DNA of 62,102 nt, filler included, from Sluysia triapertura (lineage: Eukaryota), in assembly GCA_046118255.1 (NCBI GenBank). It is 5 parts of 5 records of this genome, joined end to end, with 100 filler letters (N's around TTAATTAATTAA, not from the genome) between each part and the next. Parts side by side here need not be neighbours in the genome. Positions count along the whole stretch, not along the records: positions 11,224 to 22,479 come from JBJNIA010186680.1; positions 22,580 to 36,022 come from JBJNIA010039473.1; 3 more parts are not named here. One strand, given 5' to 3'. Each line of letters begins with the position of its first letter. Position 1 is the stretch's first letter. This document shows, one piece after another, positions 12,370-27,196 of this stretch. The translations under genes and the position numbers were made by a program. The notes below the pieces were generated by a model. It was given only the letters and a program-made list of their open reading frames with translations. It was not told the DNA's origin and ran no database searches.

Positions 12370-12960
12370 GTTAATACGTACAATGTTAAAATCTACAATG
12401 TACATTTTAAATAAAAATTCATTAAAAACATTTTACACAATTCAATATCAATATAATCATAATTTTCAACATCGCACAACTATCTTTTAGAATGTACCAA
12501 AACTTGGGCTATAATTTATCTCCTTCAGATACACTAAAACTTCATTCTAACCTTCTCAAAACATCTCTATTTCACACTTCATAATATCAAAAACACACTA
12601 CCAAATTAACTGACATTCAAGAATCCATTAAAGACATTTTACTCATCGGTTAACATTCAAACCAGTAATGCACATTCAAACCCAGTTAAAACATTCCATT
12701 CATTATTGCACAACATCAGAATTAAAATTACACCTTCAAAATAATTCAAAACTTATCAAAATCATAGTCTACCCATATCGGAGCCACATGTACCTTCAGA
12801 GTTAACATTTAAAGTTCATAAAAAACATTTTATTCACAACACATAACCTTAGAAACACAATATACGTCATCAAGTTTACCTAAAACTCTTCAAGTTCACA
12901 ATTCTTTATACTTACACTTTGTGACTCTCAACTAACTCCAATATAGCTAAAAACTATCCT
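12370..12960 (+). repeat. G-poor C/A-rich repeat of the TGTGGTGGCCAAC family (internal part)
   Basis: aatgtacatttt..aaaattcattaaaaacatt and ttcaacatcgcacaac match blocks at 30935-30965 and 35285-35345. Confidence 0.55.
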
Positions 12961-14559
12961 AGTTATTATTCGTGTTCTTAGACTTATGCTAATACATTGG
13001 TTTTCTATTTTTCGCTGTATATTTAATGAGGTTTTCACTTTGTTATTTTGTGTTAATGAAGTCAGTTATAAATAAAAATTTTGTATTTCATTATTTTTAC
13101 GGCCTTAAGCCGGCAAAAAAATTACAAGAATGAAGAAAGTCATAAAAAATTGTTAACATTTATTAATTTAAATAATTATATCAGATCTAAAAATAATGTT
13201 GGAAATAGTAACTTTGAATTATAAAATACTACGAAAATTTATTACACAGTACATCTACAATTTATTAATTTTGTATTAATTTGGATATAGCTTGTAATTG
13301 ATGATTGGTCATTAAACAACCTTAGTACACTGCACAATGAATATTAAAACTCAAGTTAAACATTGAAATGAGTAAAAAGTAAAGCAATCAAAACACTAAC
13401 ACTAATAGATAATATTTTAACATGAATAATTTAAGTAACATCGGAAAAGTTATTATTTCAAAAACAATGGATTTGGATAGTGATAATTGACATTGTGAGC
13501 ATAAAGAGAATTCGGTAGCACTTAATACAAAATTAGAAGAATTTCGATGTTATTAGTGTACACTAAAAATCAAAACATAATAAAATATATAATATAGCAT
13601 TTACATTAAAATGACATTTCTTGTGTTTTAGTATTGTCTTTTCCTGACTATCGAAGAAAATTTATTTCAGCACAAATTATGCTTTTCCTTAATCTAAAAA
13701 ACCTCAGCACAAAACATATTTTACTTTTTTGGTTTTTATAAGTTGTAAACATGCTATAAACATGCCAACGTTAATTTTCACTCATGCAATATTCAAAAAT
13801 GGAGGTTTTCTTGAATCTCAAAATAAAATGCAAATTTCAGAAAATCTGGAATAAAATATTGCACTACATGCATTATATAAAAATAAAAGCTCGAAATGTT
13901 TTTATATCAAAATTAAATTTTATATTATAAACTAACATATCTTGTTGGTTACTACTAAGTAAATCGTTTTCATTGAATGAATTTTTGTAATTTAGTCCCG
14001 ATCCGACTGGTCTTAAATTATAAGATTAAAATTACATAAATTGCGGTAAAATAATCAAATTTTTTAATGTAAAATGTGGTACTGCTTTAAATCACATCAC
14101 TTTGAAAATCTATATTTTAATTTTGAGATTAATTAGAATTTAAAAACTCGTTTAACGCTTTCTAAGTGGAACGAAAAGTAGCATGATTCGGTTTGAGAGA
14201 AAATAGTATGTCAGTCGTGAATGTCGATGAAAGCAATTTTTACTTTGAATACTAGTGGCCAGTGACACTGGTAACTGCATTTAATTTCTTTTATTTTCCC
14301 AAGTATTAAGAGTACCAGAGTTTGTTATTATATTACTCATACAATTACTACTGTCAAAAGCCAAACATAAGTTTTACCTTCATATAATGAAAAGTTTGCA
14401 CAAAAACTTACAAAAGCGATATTTTAATAGAACGTATTGATATAAAATCCATTTCATTATCAGTGTTAAAATCTAATTCATAGTCTCAAAATCTTGTGAC
14501 TCCTAGTTTTCGTATGTGCAGGTTATGCAAAAGAAAATAAATTAATGTTATTAACATTA

Positions 14560-15480
14560 ATTATTTGATATCAATTAAAATTATTGATAAATTCGTATAA
14601 TTCCTTAAATAGAGATTACTTACAAAACCTCAACAAGAATATTTACTCTTTGTAATAATCACATTTAATAGTGGGTAGATGTAGTTATAAAGCAGCGATT
14701 GGATAAGTTGTTACTTGGCATTAATAGGTCAACAGGTTCAACTTCATTTCATGTTTTATGGCAAAAGATGGCATTTTTGATGAGGTTTTTTTAAAACATA
14801 AAAATAAGTGAAAAATTAATTCGTTGCTCTACCTGTAACAATATCAGAGAATTAAAATTAAACTTTTACAAACATAAATGGATGAAAATATGTTTTGCGT
14901 GTAAGCCATAATTTGTAGCATTACTGATATAAGTTAATTATATATCAAAAAGAATAGAAACGATTTTTCATCCTGGTCATTTAACGAAAACATATATCTT
15001 TAGATTGAGGTTGCTTAATTTCGTAATACCAATAGTTTTACTTGACCATAAATGAATTTTTACGAAGATTTGCTTGAAAATATAACTGAGCAGAATAAGA
15101 AAATTTATAAATTCGAAAAAATTACGTAAGATAAATTTAACATTTAATATTTTGTTCAGAAAAACAAATGAATGCATTCCTTTCCCTTACATAAATTGAT
15201 TTTATTTGAAACGGTTCGAAATAAATTCGTCTGATAAAGCATGTCCATTTAACTTAACTTCCCATCCGCACTATGCGATTCGACTGTTTAATCTTTAGTA
15301 GTAAGCTTTGATGAAAAAGCATCGTAATCCAATCTTTGTAAAGTCCAAAATTTTGTAATTGCACAACCAAGCCTTTGTGATATATTTCGACTAAAAAATT
15401 CTTAGTTATTTTATGCCTAAATGTCATCTAAAAATTCAGTGGTAACGTTTAATCGCTTCAATAGAGATAAAGAATTTGTA
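14560..15480 (-). mobile_element. Highly decayed Tc1/mariner-superfamily transposase relic
   Basis: Scattered fragments on the minus strand, e.g. LNLLTY (DLNPLD-like) and VKIHLWSS. Many stops. Confidence 0.3.
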
Positions 15481-15944
15481 ATGAATTTATGAACTAACCA
15501 ACTAAAAATCGCAAAAACTTTTTAATATCGACAAAATAAAATTCTTTGATATTCCAGCAAATAACAATATATATCTTCGTAGTTAAGTTTAATTAAGTCA
15601 ACATAAGTCAATTAATTTGTAAATCAGATTAAAATTATCTAATAAATGTAGCTTGAAATTGCGAACTCCCAAAATAAACAAATCACTGTTATTTCCTAGT
15701 TGGTAACATAAAACATCGTATTACAAGACAATATTAATATTATGATTATTGGTTAATTATTCCTGTTAATTACTATTATGTTGCATGATAATTAAAATTA
15801 TTATTGATAAATATTGGAAGTCGACAACGAGGATATTGATTAAAATATTACTTTTATTACAGTTATTTATTGACGTAAGAATAAATTATTATTATTTTTG
15901 AATTTAGTAAGATAAAACTTCAATAAGTGCTGAAACAGTAATAC

Positions 15945-16806
15945 TTACAAAGATTGTTTATTGAAGCATTGCTGCGAACAAAATACAGCACAACAAATTT
16001 GTTCCAAACAAGCAGGACCTTTGCAAGGAATTAATGATACGGTAACACTACTTCGATGAGAATGTGGCTTGTAAATCTGATTTTGTTTACTTTTTGTTTT
16101 ACTGGTTGATTTACTCGAATTGTTAATATTACTGCTACTTGCTGCATTGTGAGAATTACTGTTACTATTTTTGTTTGGTCTTGACTTTGTTTGGCTTTTG
16201 TGAGATTTTTGTAAATTTGTCAATATATCGGATTCATTATTTAAATTCATTTTTTTATTGGAACTTTTGGGGTACAGAGTAAACAAGGATCCATTTATTG
16301 TCGTTGATTTATCTGTAAAGCTCTTATAACGACACATATCCACACAGAATGTATCTTTTTCATCATCATCATCATAACCTTTTAAAATTAAAAAACAAGT
16401 AAATTACTTATTATAAAATAATTTAAAGATTACGTTGTCATGCTAATTAAGCGTACGAAAAATTTAGAAACCAAAACGTTAAATGAATATCAAAATCACT
16501 TACTTTGCCCAATTCTTTTATTATTGGACATTGATGAACCATCCAAAGACTTATCAGTACTGTAGAGAAGTTCTTTTTTAAGCTCAGAGTTTATACTATC
16601 ATCTATCGATGAAATTTCACCTGAAGATATTGGTTCTATTAATATTTCCAAAAAGTAATTCAATTACTTCCATATAAAGGTGTGGTTGAACTTGAACCAG
16701 ATGAAGCAAATTCAGGCTCATTAAAATTTTGATCCACCTCTCTTTGAAAATAATTTTCGTTTTTATCATTTTCTGTATTCAACTTTCTTTTTCGTTTAAA
16801 ATTAAC
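15945..16806 (-). CDS. Unknown spliced protein with low-complexity S/N/K region and C-terminal Cys cluster (5' end unresolved)
   Basis: Exons at about 16669-16806, 16503-16621 and 15945-16378, separated by GT-AG introns. KRKRK NLS-like stretch. Ends in PCKGPACLEQICCAVFCSQQCF. Confidence 0.55.
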
Positions 16807-18199
16807 CTTATACGAATAATTCATAACTTTTTTCTATATTTATAAAGTTAAATATTATTTATAAAGCAATACATAATTTTATTTTTAACAAAATTACAAT
16901 GTTCGAAATGGAATTAAAAATTGCATTATTTAAACAATAGAATGACATCAATGTTACCTAAATATTGTTAAAAATTATACTATTTTACTTTATTTTAATG
17001 TTAAACTTAATAAATATAAAATGTGCAGTATCCAAAATCTATAACTAATATATTATTTGTTAACTTAATATTAAATAAAATATCTGAAATGATGTAATTT
17101 TAAATATGATCTTTTAACAAAAAATAAAATTAAATACATTCAAAGTTTTAAAAAACGTTGAAAAACTTAAAATGATTTTAAATAATAACTTGTTTTTAAA
17201 AAAATTTGTTTCAATATGTCAATTAATAATTCAATGATAATGAATCACTTCTTTTGTTTCATTCATTCGTTTATTTCAAAAATTAAACAAAAATGAATAA
17301 AGAAATACGTAGTTTAGATATGAAATTTCTTAGGGGTATCAATGGTTCCTAGTTTTGAATCATTAAAAATATTCGATTATGAAAACTGCCACGACGTAAA
17401 AGCATTACTCAAGGTTATAAAGATGAAAATGTATAATTAAAAAACTAATTTAAAGCAATTTAATTTCATGAAGAATATATTCTAAAAATTTGTCTTTGTC
17501 AAAATAATTAATTCGTGATGTTCACTGACAATAATGTAATACAAATTTCCACTCGTATTTGTAGTAATTATTAGTTTTCCCTTAAAATGTAGAATTAAAT
17601 CAGGTATTGTGCCTTTTACAAAATAGCAATGAAGTATTAAAATAAAAAAGTATCAAAATAAGATTTAACCTTAATCATCAAATTTCACAAAAATAATAAT
17701 TATTACCATTAAATGTGCAATTACAAGAAATTCTCCTTAGTCGATTACTAAGTCGTTCCAACAACTGTGGCATAATCCAAGACAAAGTATAATGAGGTAT
17801 TTAAATTTTGCTTAATTTTTACTCTTAAAAAATATTCAAAGTGAAACAATCAACATGAAAACATTAAATCTATTGTTGTAATATGTATTATTTCATTCTA
17901 TTATTATTGTATTATTCTATTTATTCAAAACAGGAAAAAATACATGATTATAATGTGTACATATTTTTAAAAAATTTACAATTAATATTGCAAGGTAAAG
18001 GATTACTCTTTCTTTTTTAGCTCAAAATAAGTATGAAAAGCAGTTTGGACAGTTTTTCTTTGATTCTCTATCAATCTCTTGATAGAGGTATAAGTATCTT
18101 CAATGATTCATAAATAATGCGTTCCACATTAGTATCACCTTCACTAGTTATTTCAATTTGTTCTTTATTCCTTATTCTATTTTCATTAGAAGATCTGTT

Positions 18200-18530
18200 C
18201 CATGAGAATCTAGTAAGTCAATTTCATAATACTATGAATGTTTATTTGATAGAAAATGTTTTTTGAAATATACTTTCACAAAGAAAATAATTCTTTAAAT
18301 ATTTTTTAATTTTTAATGAAGTTATAACAAAATAGAGTAAAATTGGATAACGACGACTACCTTTAATAATTAATTGACAATTAATTTTACAAAACGCAAA
18401 TGCAAAAACCAAAACTATAAAATCCCAAACGTCAGGATTAACATTGTGGTTGTCCAACTTTTTACTTAAACTTTTAATAAAAAATACTCTATCAAAACAT
18501 AACTCTTTACTACAACCCAAACCTCAAATT
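18200..18530 (-). mobile_element. Candidate PPT and start of a 3' LTR
   Basis: Minus strand reads GAGGTTTGGGT then TGTAGTAAAGAG (TG at 18514), downstream of the decayed ORFs at 18600-20912. The distal end is not resolved. Confidence 0.35.
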
Positions 18531-19869
18531 AGGCATCATACAAAGAATTAAATTTATAAAATCATTAAACTCGAAAATAACATATCTTTAAAATAGTTTA
18601 GAAATAAAATAATTGATTGGTATTAAGGATAATTCTAGTATGGTAATAATTAACATGAAGAAGTAGAAAATGGGATCACATAGGTGAAGGTGAAAACTTC
18701 CAGAGCCTTCTGAACACCTCATAAACTACTAAATAACTTTAGTACTTCAACAAAACCTTTAAACATAGAATAAGATTAAGTCTAAAAGTAGATTAATTAA
18801 TAAATCTTTTCTAATAGTCGAATAAAGTCGATAGTCAATAATATTATTAATAGTCAATAATAAAGTCAAAACAACATTTTAATATTTTTTAAGCAATCTA
18901 CAAAATAACAATTGTCTGAATAAAGAAATTGTTATAAAATCTTAAAGCAACTCCTTAATACGGGTTGCGTAATTATAAAATATAAATTATTAACTAAATT
19001 ATTAAGAAGTTGACCTACAACCTATAAACGAAAGTTTTAAATGAAGTACAAGTTTTAAAATTTCCATTAAGTATAAATATTAATTTCTAATAATACGTCT
19101 CCAACAGTGGTATAAATCGTATATATTAGGCTAACCGACTCCTTGGATATTTTGTAAGTTTAAGTTTTTTAAAAGAAATACTTGCAATATTCTTCGATTT
19201 CACAATGATTATAAACATTTTACTGTTCATTTCTAGAAATATTTAATTATGTTTGTATTATCATATTTCAGTTATTTGATATCATTTTTTCTTTTCTATT
19301 TTGTAACTGGACAATCCTAACAATTGGATTGAGAAAATACCAAAATATTTTACCTAACACAACAACAAAACAGTAACAATTGATAATGCAAATGAGAAGA
19401 TCCATGCTTTAAATAATTTTTGAATTTATTTTATAATTAAAAATAATAGTATTTTTTGGAGGATTTTATTGAAATAGTTTTTGTTCTTGTTTTGTGTTGA
19501 AAAATTTATATTTGATAATTGTGAATAATAGTTAATATTTTTCTTAGTGTTGCATCACCTCAGGTTTCTTTTCATAGATTGTTATATCCTTGACACTATT
19601 ATAAACGTTATTTTTAATCTCGTCATTTTAATCATTTTTAGTACTGCTTAATAGATATTTATAATAATACTAATTTGTAATTGATTTTTATTTAACCAGT
19701 AAATTGTAGTGCTGTTATTTATTTGATTTCCAAGAGCTTAATTTTTGGGGTAAATAATTATTGATATTAAGTAAGAAATTTATTTAAAATTTATATTTGA
19801 TCTAGTGAATACTTAAATTATTAAGATTCTTTTTAAGCTATGAGTTATCATAACTAATAATTTTTAAAG

Positions 19870-20912
19870 CCGCAACAATACATCCATTCCTAGTATCATG
19901 TCATCTGGACATTTTCTCATAACTCTAAATTTTATATCAATTTTATTCTGTCCAATTTCACATAATATTTTAATACTCCTAATATTTCAATTTCATCGCC
20001 AGTTACCCCCTGTGAGATAAGAACGTTGTTTAGCTAAATTATTAAGTTCTTTAGTAGTTAACAGTGATTCACTTATTAAAGAAGCTGCAGCTTCTGCATC
20101 TACTAGTGCAGATAACATTCTTCCGCACCCTTATAATTATTATTTGCGCATATCATATACACTAGATTTATTTGAGGAGGTTGATATAAGTTTTGTTTTT
20201 CTTCAGTAACGATTGTAATTACTTACTATGTAATCCGTATTTTTATATTTTTCTTCCATCATTTTAATTATCTTTGATCATGTACTTTATATTCTTTTAG
20301 TTCAGGTAATAATGTTTTATATTTATCGAAGTTAGAGAATTTGTTGGTAATGTATAAATTATGCTTTTGGTATTTAATGTTTCTTCTATATTTATAAGTA
20401 ATTTTCGTTAAATCAATAGGGTTTCTATATATTGGATTTGGAATTATTGTTTCATCGTCATAATCTTTGTTTTTTCTAGGTCTGCTTTGTTTTCTCTTAA
20501 AATTATTTGTTTCCTTATCTCTGTGGGTTTTTATTTAAATCCACTATGTGATCGTCATTAGCATTGGTAAAATCTATAACATTATTATTTTTATTGTTAT
20601 AATTCTCCCATTAATTCTTTTAGTAGTGATCTTAGAGTAAATCAACCCCATTGTCATCATTTATAAGTTCTTCTAAAGGTTTAGTGATGCCATAATAACT
20701 TTGGAAGTCATTGATTCTTTCTCATGGTTTCCATTCTTGAATGGATAACTGTAATTATTAGGTAATAATTTTCTATCATAAAAATATAAATCAACATTAG
20801 TTATGGTTGAATCATTTGACTTAAGTAATTCTATAATATCTCTTACTATTGAAATTACAGGGAATTTCATTGTAACATTTAAAGCATTATTAATGATTAT
20901 ACTTATTTTCAT
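19870..20912 (-). pseudogene. Ubiquitin-like domain - charged linker - retropepsin (retroviral-type aspartic protease), decayed
   Basis: N-terminus MKISIII..VTMKFP.ISIVRDIIELL....VDLYFYDRKL follows the Ubl pattern. Near 20130-20060: MLSALVDAEAAASLISE (D-T-G-A site degenerate). Then LTGVTGDEIEILG, and near 19900 CPDDMILGMD. Confidence 0.6.
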
Positions 20913-21033
20913 TAAATCTTTCGGGTTAATTTATCGTTCTTTTTGTCTTGTTTTTCTTAATAAGTTTATTGCTTTAGTCTTATATAAATTTTTTCCTTTA
21001 CTTACAACAGCTAATATTAATTTTGCAAGAAAT

Positions 21034-22359
21034 TGTATGAGTATGCGAATAAAACTTAAAGCTAGTGAGTTCACCAACGTATTGGTCTTACGAACTCAAT
21101 GGCCAACCGTTGGATTTTCTAACTTAAAAATTAAAATGGAGGTCACAAGGATTTTTGGTTTTAAATGTTTCAAATATTAATTTCCAGAAATTTAGTCAAT
21201 TATTAATACTTATGTAATCGTCAAGGATTAAGTCACACAAGCTAAAATATCAATTTAATATCAAAAAATAATTTAATAATAACACAAGTAATAATTTAGG
21301 GGCAGTTAAGTTTATAATCGATTTTATAAGATTTTAAAAACCTATAATAATGTGTATTTTACTTTGGTTTGGATATACAAACCATATAAATATAAAGGTA
21401 TTTTACTTAGGTTCAAGTTAAATGAACCTTTGTCAGTTTAAAAAGGATTTTTCTTAGATTCTTGTAAGAACCTGATTAGTTTGATTAGTTTAATAAATGA
21501 ATACTTAGGTTAACAAAATGAATTTATATTAATTGACAAAATATATAAATAACAATTATAATAATAAAATTTACAAAGATTATTACTTCAATAATCTTCA
21601 ATATAAAATTTTGCAAACAAGTAATTTACTTCGTTATCAATAAAGGATAACGCAATTAATTTAATTATAATTTAAGTTGAAATTTTAAAGATGCAATCTT
21701 AAATATTGCGAGAAATCTTATGATCAAAAAACTAACGTTAATATATATAAAGTAAAACAATCGAAGTTGAGTTGGCTCGAATAGTATCAAACTGAAAAAC
21801 GAATAGACTCGTAGGATTGCAATAACTGTTGCCGAACAAGTGATAAGCTTAAGCTTTAAAATCTTGAATGCAAGTCGTAAACTTTTTAAAATAAAATTGT
21901 GTGTGAGTTATGAAGAGCTTGCTGTATTTATAGTAGTTTATGTCAAGGTCAAAGAAAAACAATTAAATTAAAACAAATAAATTAAATAATTATAATAATT
22001 TATACAAATTAATCTTTTGACAATAATTTATACAACAGAATATTATACAAATTAATTTCTAATTAATTTTTTATAGAATATTAAAATTAAATTATACAAA
22101 TTAATTTCTAAATAATTTAAATCAATTAAAATAATTAAAATAAAATAATCAAAATAATAAAATAATCAAAATAAAACTAACTTGGTGAGACGATGAAAAA
22201 ATCTTTTGTTATCCTTTAAAATTAATAAAATTTATCCTTTAAAATTACTAAAATGATGAATTTTGAAATTTTATATTTATGATATTTATGACTTTATAAA
22301 TATTTATTTGAACAATAAAGTATATCTGGTTGTTTATACAAATGGTTGTTTATACTACA
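21034..22359 (-). repeat. LTR-like repeat, same family as 8930-9617
   Basis: Shared gtgaRttcaccaacgta..ccgttgga hairpin, tggaggt and aactaacg blocks. TATAAATA on the minus strand near 21925. Candidate TGTA...TACA termini. Confidence 0.55.
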
Positions 22360-22799
22360 AATTTGAACTTTACAGAAATGTTTATTAAAAGATTTAAGTT
22401 TAAAATGCTTGTTGAAAAGGTTGAAGTTGTTTTGATCTTGACTGATGATTGCAAAATAAGTTTTAATGTTTATTATAATNNNNNNNNNNNNNNNNNNNNN
22501 NNNNNNNNNNNNNNNNNNNNNNNTTAATTAATTAANNNNNNNNNNNNNNNNNNNNNNNNNNNNNNNNNNNNNNNNNNNNCTCTTAAACAATAAGACTGAA
22601 AATGATAATTTTTTAAAATAGCTATTCTTTCCTAGTAACGTCAAATTCCACTTTAAAATAAATCGAAATAAAATACGATTATAATGTATAAAAGTAGAAG
22701 TGATGAGTAGAGATGACAAAATAGAAATTAAAAAATAAAAAATAAGAGAATGATAAAATAACAATATTAAATTTTATATTGTAGCTTTGTGTGAATGTT

Positions 22800-22980
22800 A
22801 TAGTCGTAATTATTATGATTATTGTAAAAATATGTTGAATTTTGAGATAATATGTCGTGCGACAATTGTTTCTGATTTATGTATGTTATTTGTTGATTTT
22901 TATTAATTGTGTTAGGTTGGGTTGAAGTTTGTTTAACATTTTGTTTATGAAAATTATCTTTCGCAGTTGAATTCGCCACA
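22800..22980 (-). repeat. LTR-like repeat starting TGTGGCGAATTCAAC
   Basis: Homologous to 1590-1737. Confidence 0.55.
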
Positions 22981-24109
22981 GTCAAAGTAAAATATTTTCA
23001 ATAATAGAAATGGAAATAATACGAAAATAATATAGCATAAAAAATAATAAAAGTTTAATTTTATATTAATAAATAATAAAATATAAAAATAATGTCAATT
23101 CCAATAGCAATTACAATTGTTAAAATTGAAGATTTATTTTATTTTATCTTGAATATTTATTTTATAGTAGATATTAAAATTAACATAAATAGTGATCGTG
23201 AAAGACAACAATTGATATGTGGACGGTTTTGGGAAATGTGTGGAATGCTATGCGCTGACTGCAATTGATTGTGTTTTTATAGTTTTGATTATGTGCATTT
23301 GGGACAAGGTATTGAGAAAATATGGAGTGTTGGTTATGATATGACGCTGCAGCCAGTTTCTGTTTAATTACGGTATCACTTTGGTAATATATTTTTACTT
23401 TGATTCTAATTCATATTATAATTCTGTATAATTTATTCCATTATACTCGCCTTTCTAGTTAGTATTAACTTGTTAGCGGAATTTTTGTGCTTTATTGGCA
23501 TCTGTGTTTGATCCATAATTTTTCTGAAAGCTAATTAAGTATGAAGTATTCCTGTTTTCTTTATATTTCTTTGACAATTTCCAACTTCTACTTTGTTCCT
23601 GAATTATAAAGTGTTGTAAATTAAGTATAATATACTTTTATATGATTTTATTTTACATTACTTTCAACAAAATTTACAATAATTGTAAATCTATAAATGG
23701 AATTCTTACATTATTATTATTACAACTTTTTAAAATATGAAACAATAACATATGAACTTTATTTAAACCATCTTTAAAATTTCACCTAAAAACTTTAAAC
23801 AATTTAAACAAAATAGAGAATTTGAAGGATTTCCAAGTAAAATTTTCCAGATACATTATTTATCAAGTGAGTTCATTATAAGGTTATTCGGCAATTCATC
23901 ATTTATTAAACACACTATAAAATATATTTGAAATAACTGAGATTATGGACAAAAAATTTATTTATTTAAAGAACTTTTTTAAAAAAATTATTTAATTTAC
24001 AAATTATATATTGTGGCAGGATATAAATTTTTTAAAAACTTAAGGAAACATTATTTTTTTCACAAATATCTATACTAATTAATTTATTTATTTAATTTAT
24101 AAAAATAAA

Positions 24110-25260
24110 AAATTAAAAGTTTATAAATTGAGTTTATATGTCTTTTTATTTCAAAAATTAAACTTTCGCTTCATCAAAATATTTTCCTCCAATTTAATAA
24201 CTACAGCATAGATTTTTGGCACACGATTAGTTAATATTTCTATAGTTTCAGGATCGATTTTCCTCCAAGAGGCATCCAGTATATTCCAGAGCACATTTTT
24301 GGAGATATGTCCTTCTTTCCTCAACTTTCTATCGATCTCATCCTACAACAACACGATGTGGTTGAGATCTGTATATTGAGGTAGCTATTCAAGTTGCTGT
24401 AATTGTTCTACATAATTTTTGCACATTTTACTTGTGTGTTTAGGACCACAAACTTTCCTGGAAACAGCTTTTTACAAATGATAAACTTGATGTTCGAGGA
24501 TGTCTCTGTATGTCACTTTGACATGAGTGTCTACATTCTATAAAGTTTTCCAACTTTAATGTTACCAAAACAGCCCCACCATGTTTTACTGTTGGTACTA
24601 AAAAGTTTTATGCAAACCTTTTTCTTGGAAATCTCCTGAAAAAAACTCAACGCCATGAGCCAAAAATTTCGAATTTCGACTCATCCAATTTTTTTCGTTT
24701 TTCGGCCCAAATTAATCTTTTCTTTATGCTTTCCGGCTTTAAAATAGTTTTAGAGCAGCCACTCGGCATAAAAACCAAACTTTCGTAATCGATTTTTTAT
24801 CGAAGTAACGCCGATGGGAATTTCATTCTGTTTATTATAAATTGACAGAATTTTTTCTGCCGTTAAAAAATGACAATGACAAGTTTTAATTTGTCTCTCT
24901 TTCCTTTCTGTCAGACATAACTTAAAATCTTCCTTTTTTTCGAATATCTTTCCTCGTAAATACAAATTCTTTTACGTTCTACTTCAGTCACTTCATTTCT
25001 CTTCGCCATTAAAACAGTATTAAAACAATGTTTAAGTAAAAAGTGCAATCAACCATTTTTAAACTGCCTTTAAATGAAAGTAAAATTTAACTAAACTCTT
25101 TTAATTTACTTGAGTTGATATTATAATAATATATAAAATTATATAATCTAATAAAATAAATATTTCACTTACTTAGTTGAGGGAGTTTGTTTTATTAGGA
25201 ATCAAATTTATATATAGATAAATCGGTAATTCAAACAAACTAAATAAAAAAGACATATTA
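24110..25260 (-). mobile_element. Tc1-family DNA transposon relic
   Basis: LPQYTDLNHIVLL*DEIDRKLR (WPPQSPDLNPIENLW equivalent), WGCFG, and W-RKIDPETIEILTNRVPK C-terminus. Inverted atatgtctttttattt / aaataaaaaagacatat near both ends. Confidence 0.8.
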
Positions 25261-25639
25261 TATTAACGTTTAACATTTTCATTAATAATTTTACATATGT
25301 AAACTTTATTTATATTTGTAATAAATTGCAATTAATCAAAAAAAATTTCCTTTACAAAATGTTTTAAAAAATATATGGAAAAGTTATTATTCATTACATA
25401 ATAAAACAATTTACAATAAAAATTAAATACTTTTTTATAATTTTCAATAAAAATATAGAAGCACATTGATTTATAATACAAAATTGTAATATTACAGGAA
25501 ATTTGTGATACACTACTTCAGATGAGTATTATTTTGGCATACTATCCACTATTTTATTATTATTTATATTTAAGTTATAATAATATTATTATTATTACTG
25601 TTGTTATTATTATTATTCGAAATTTTTAATAATACTGCA

Positions 25640-25970
25640 AATACTATATCCTTGGAGTCATCTCTTAGGAAATGGATTGAACTTCCAAGTGCTATTTTCT
25701 TTCCTTTTACATCAACATCACACCCAAACTTCTCTATTGTTTCAGTAATATCATCATGGATGGAATAAATGTCATTATCCTTATGTTCAAAATTTTGTAT
25801 ATGGTAGGTATATGCAGGCTGTTTTTAATCTACGTTTTAGTTTTTTTACATGTATAAATTTGAGCAACATTTCATAAAAACATATAAGGAGTAAAATGTT
25901 TATATTTTGAAATAATTTTGGTGCTATGAAAAACTTCAGTCATCATCTGTATAACTGAAATAATTAGGAT
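25640..25970 (-). pseudogene. Spliced gene fragment, unknown product
   Basis: Open exon PAYTYHIQNFEHKDNDIYSIHDDITETIEKFGCDVDVKGKKIALGSS..., preceded by a ~31-bp GT-AG intron. The upstream exon has stops. Confidence 0.3.
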
Positions 25971-27196
25971 CTAAAAAAACTAAATACATTATTATAAAAT
26001 TATCAAACAATCTTACAAACTATTAATGATATACTATTGTAGTGATTATAAACATTATAAATATAATTACAAATCTAGTAAGCAATAAACAGTAAATTTA
26101 CATTAATTATTCATCATTTTACTCTCATTTACACTTTACATTAATATTAATTAAATAATATTAAATAATATTAATTTATAATAAATATTAAATTAAATCA
26201 TTTTTGAAAAACATTAAAATAATTAATTTGATGATTTAAAATTTATATTATAGTTATTCTTATAAGTTTATTTCTTGTTTTTCGCAAATCATTACTAAGG
26301 TTATTCGTAATTAAAAATACAGTAAAATATTCTAAAAAGGAGTACTACAATCAAGTATTAATAAAACTTAGGGCAAATTAATATTTATTTCTACTTTTTA
26401 ATAAAGTTTTTATTTTGGAAGTTATTAATATAATAATGAGCTATATATTATTTATTCCTACAAGTTTACTTGACAGCGGAAATTATGTAACGTTGAATAG
26501 AATTAAAAATAACATTGTTCCTATGAATAAGAATGTGATTTCTCAATATTACAATTTCTTGGAAACAGATATGTTTGAAATTTTTAAATAAGATTTAATC
26601 ATCGGTATAAATGTTTCACGTTATATTTTTTTACTTAATAAAAACAATTACTGGCAGTATAGGCTAAGTGAAGTAGATATGGAATACCAGCAGTTACGTA
26701 CATTAATCTGCGAACTGAACATTGTGAAATATTCATTGACAAATTACTTAGAAAGTATTTGTATTTCGACAGCATTCATTGATGATGATTAGAAACTTTA
26801 AATTATGAACATTTATTTATTAATTTGCAAACAAAAACTTATAATATTAAAGATAGTTATTAAAAATACGGTTATTGAATGAATTTTAATTTGAATTGTT
26901 TATATAATTGTTTGTGGACTTTGTTGTTAAAGAAGATGAATTGGTTAAATTGATTTATCGACAATTTATAGAGTTAAAAAAGAATAAACTGTATGAAAAC
27001 AGGCTTAGTACCTATCGATAATTAAATAATTTTTATTCATGAAAAACTATTTCAATCATTTTATTAACCGAGGAAATAGTGGACAATTTTTTCGAAAATT
27101 ACGAAGGACGAACATATTCTGATTCTGATATTAGACCGGATGTGCGACATGCTACTCTTACATTCACATTCCCAGAAATATCCACGAGAGCCGATT

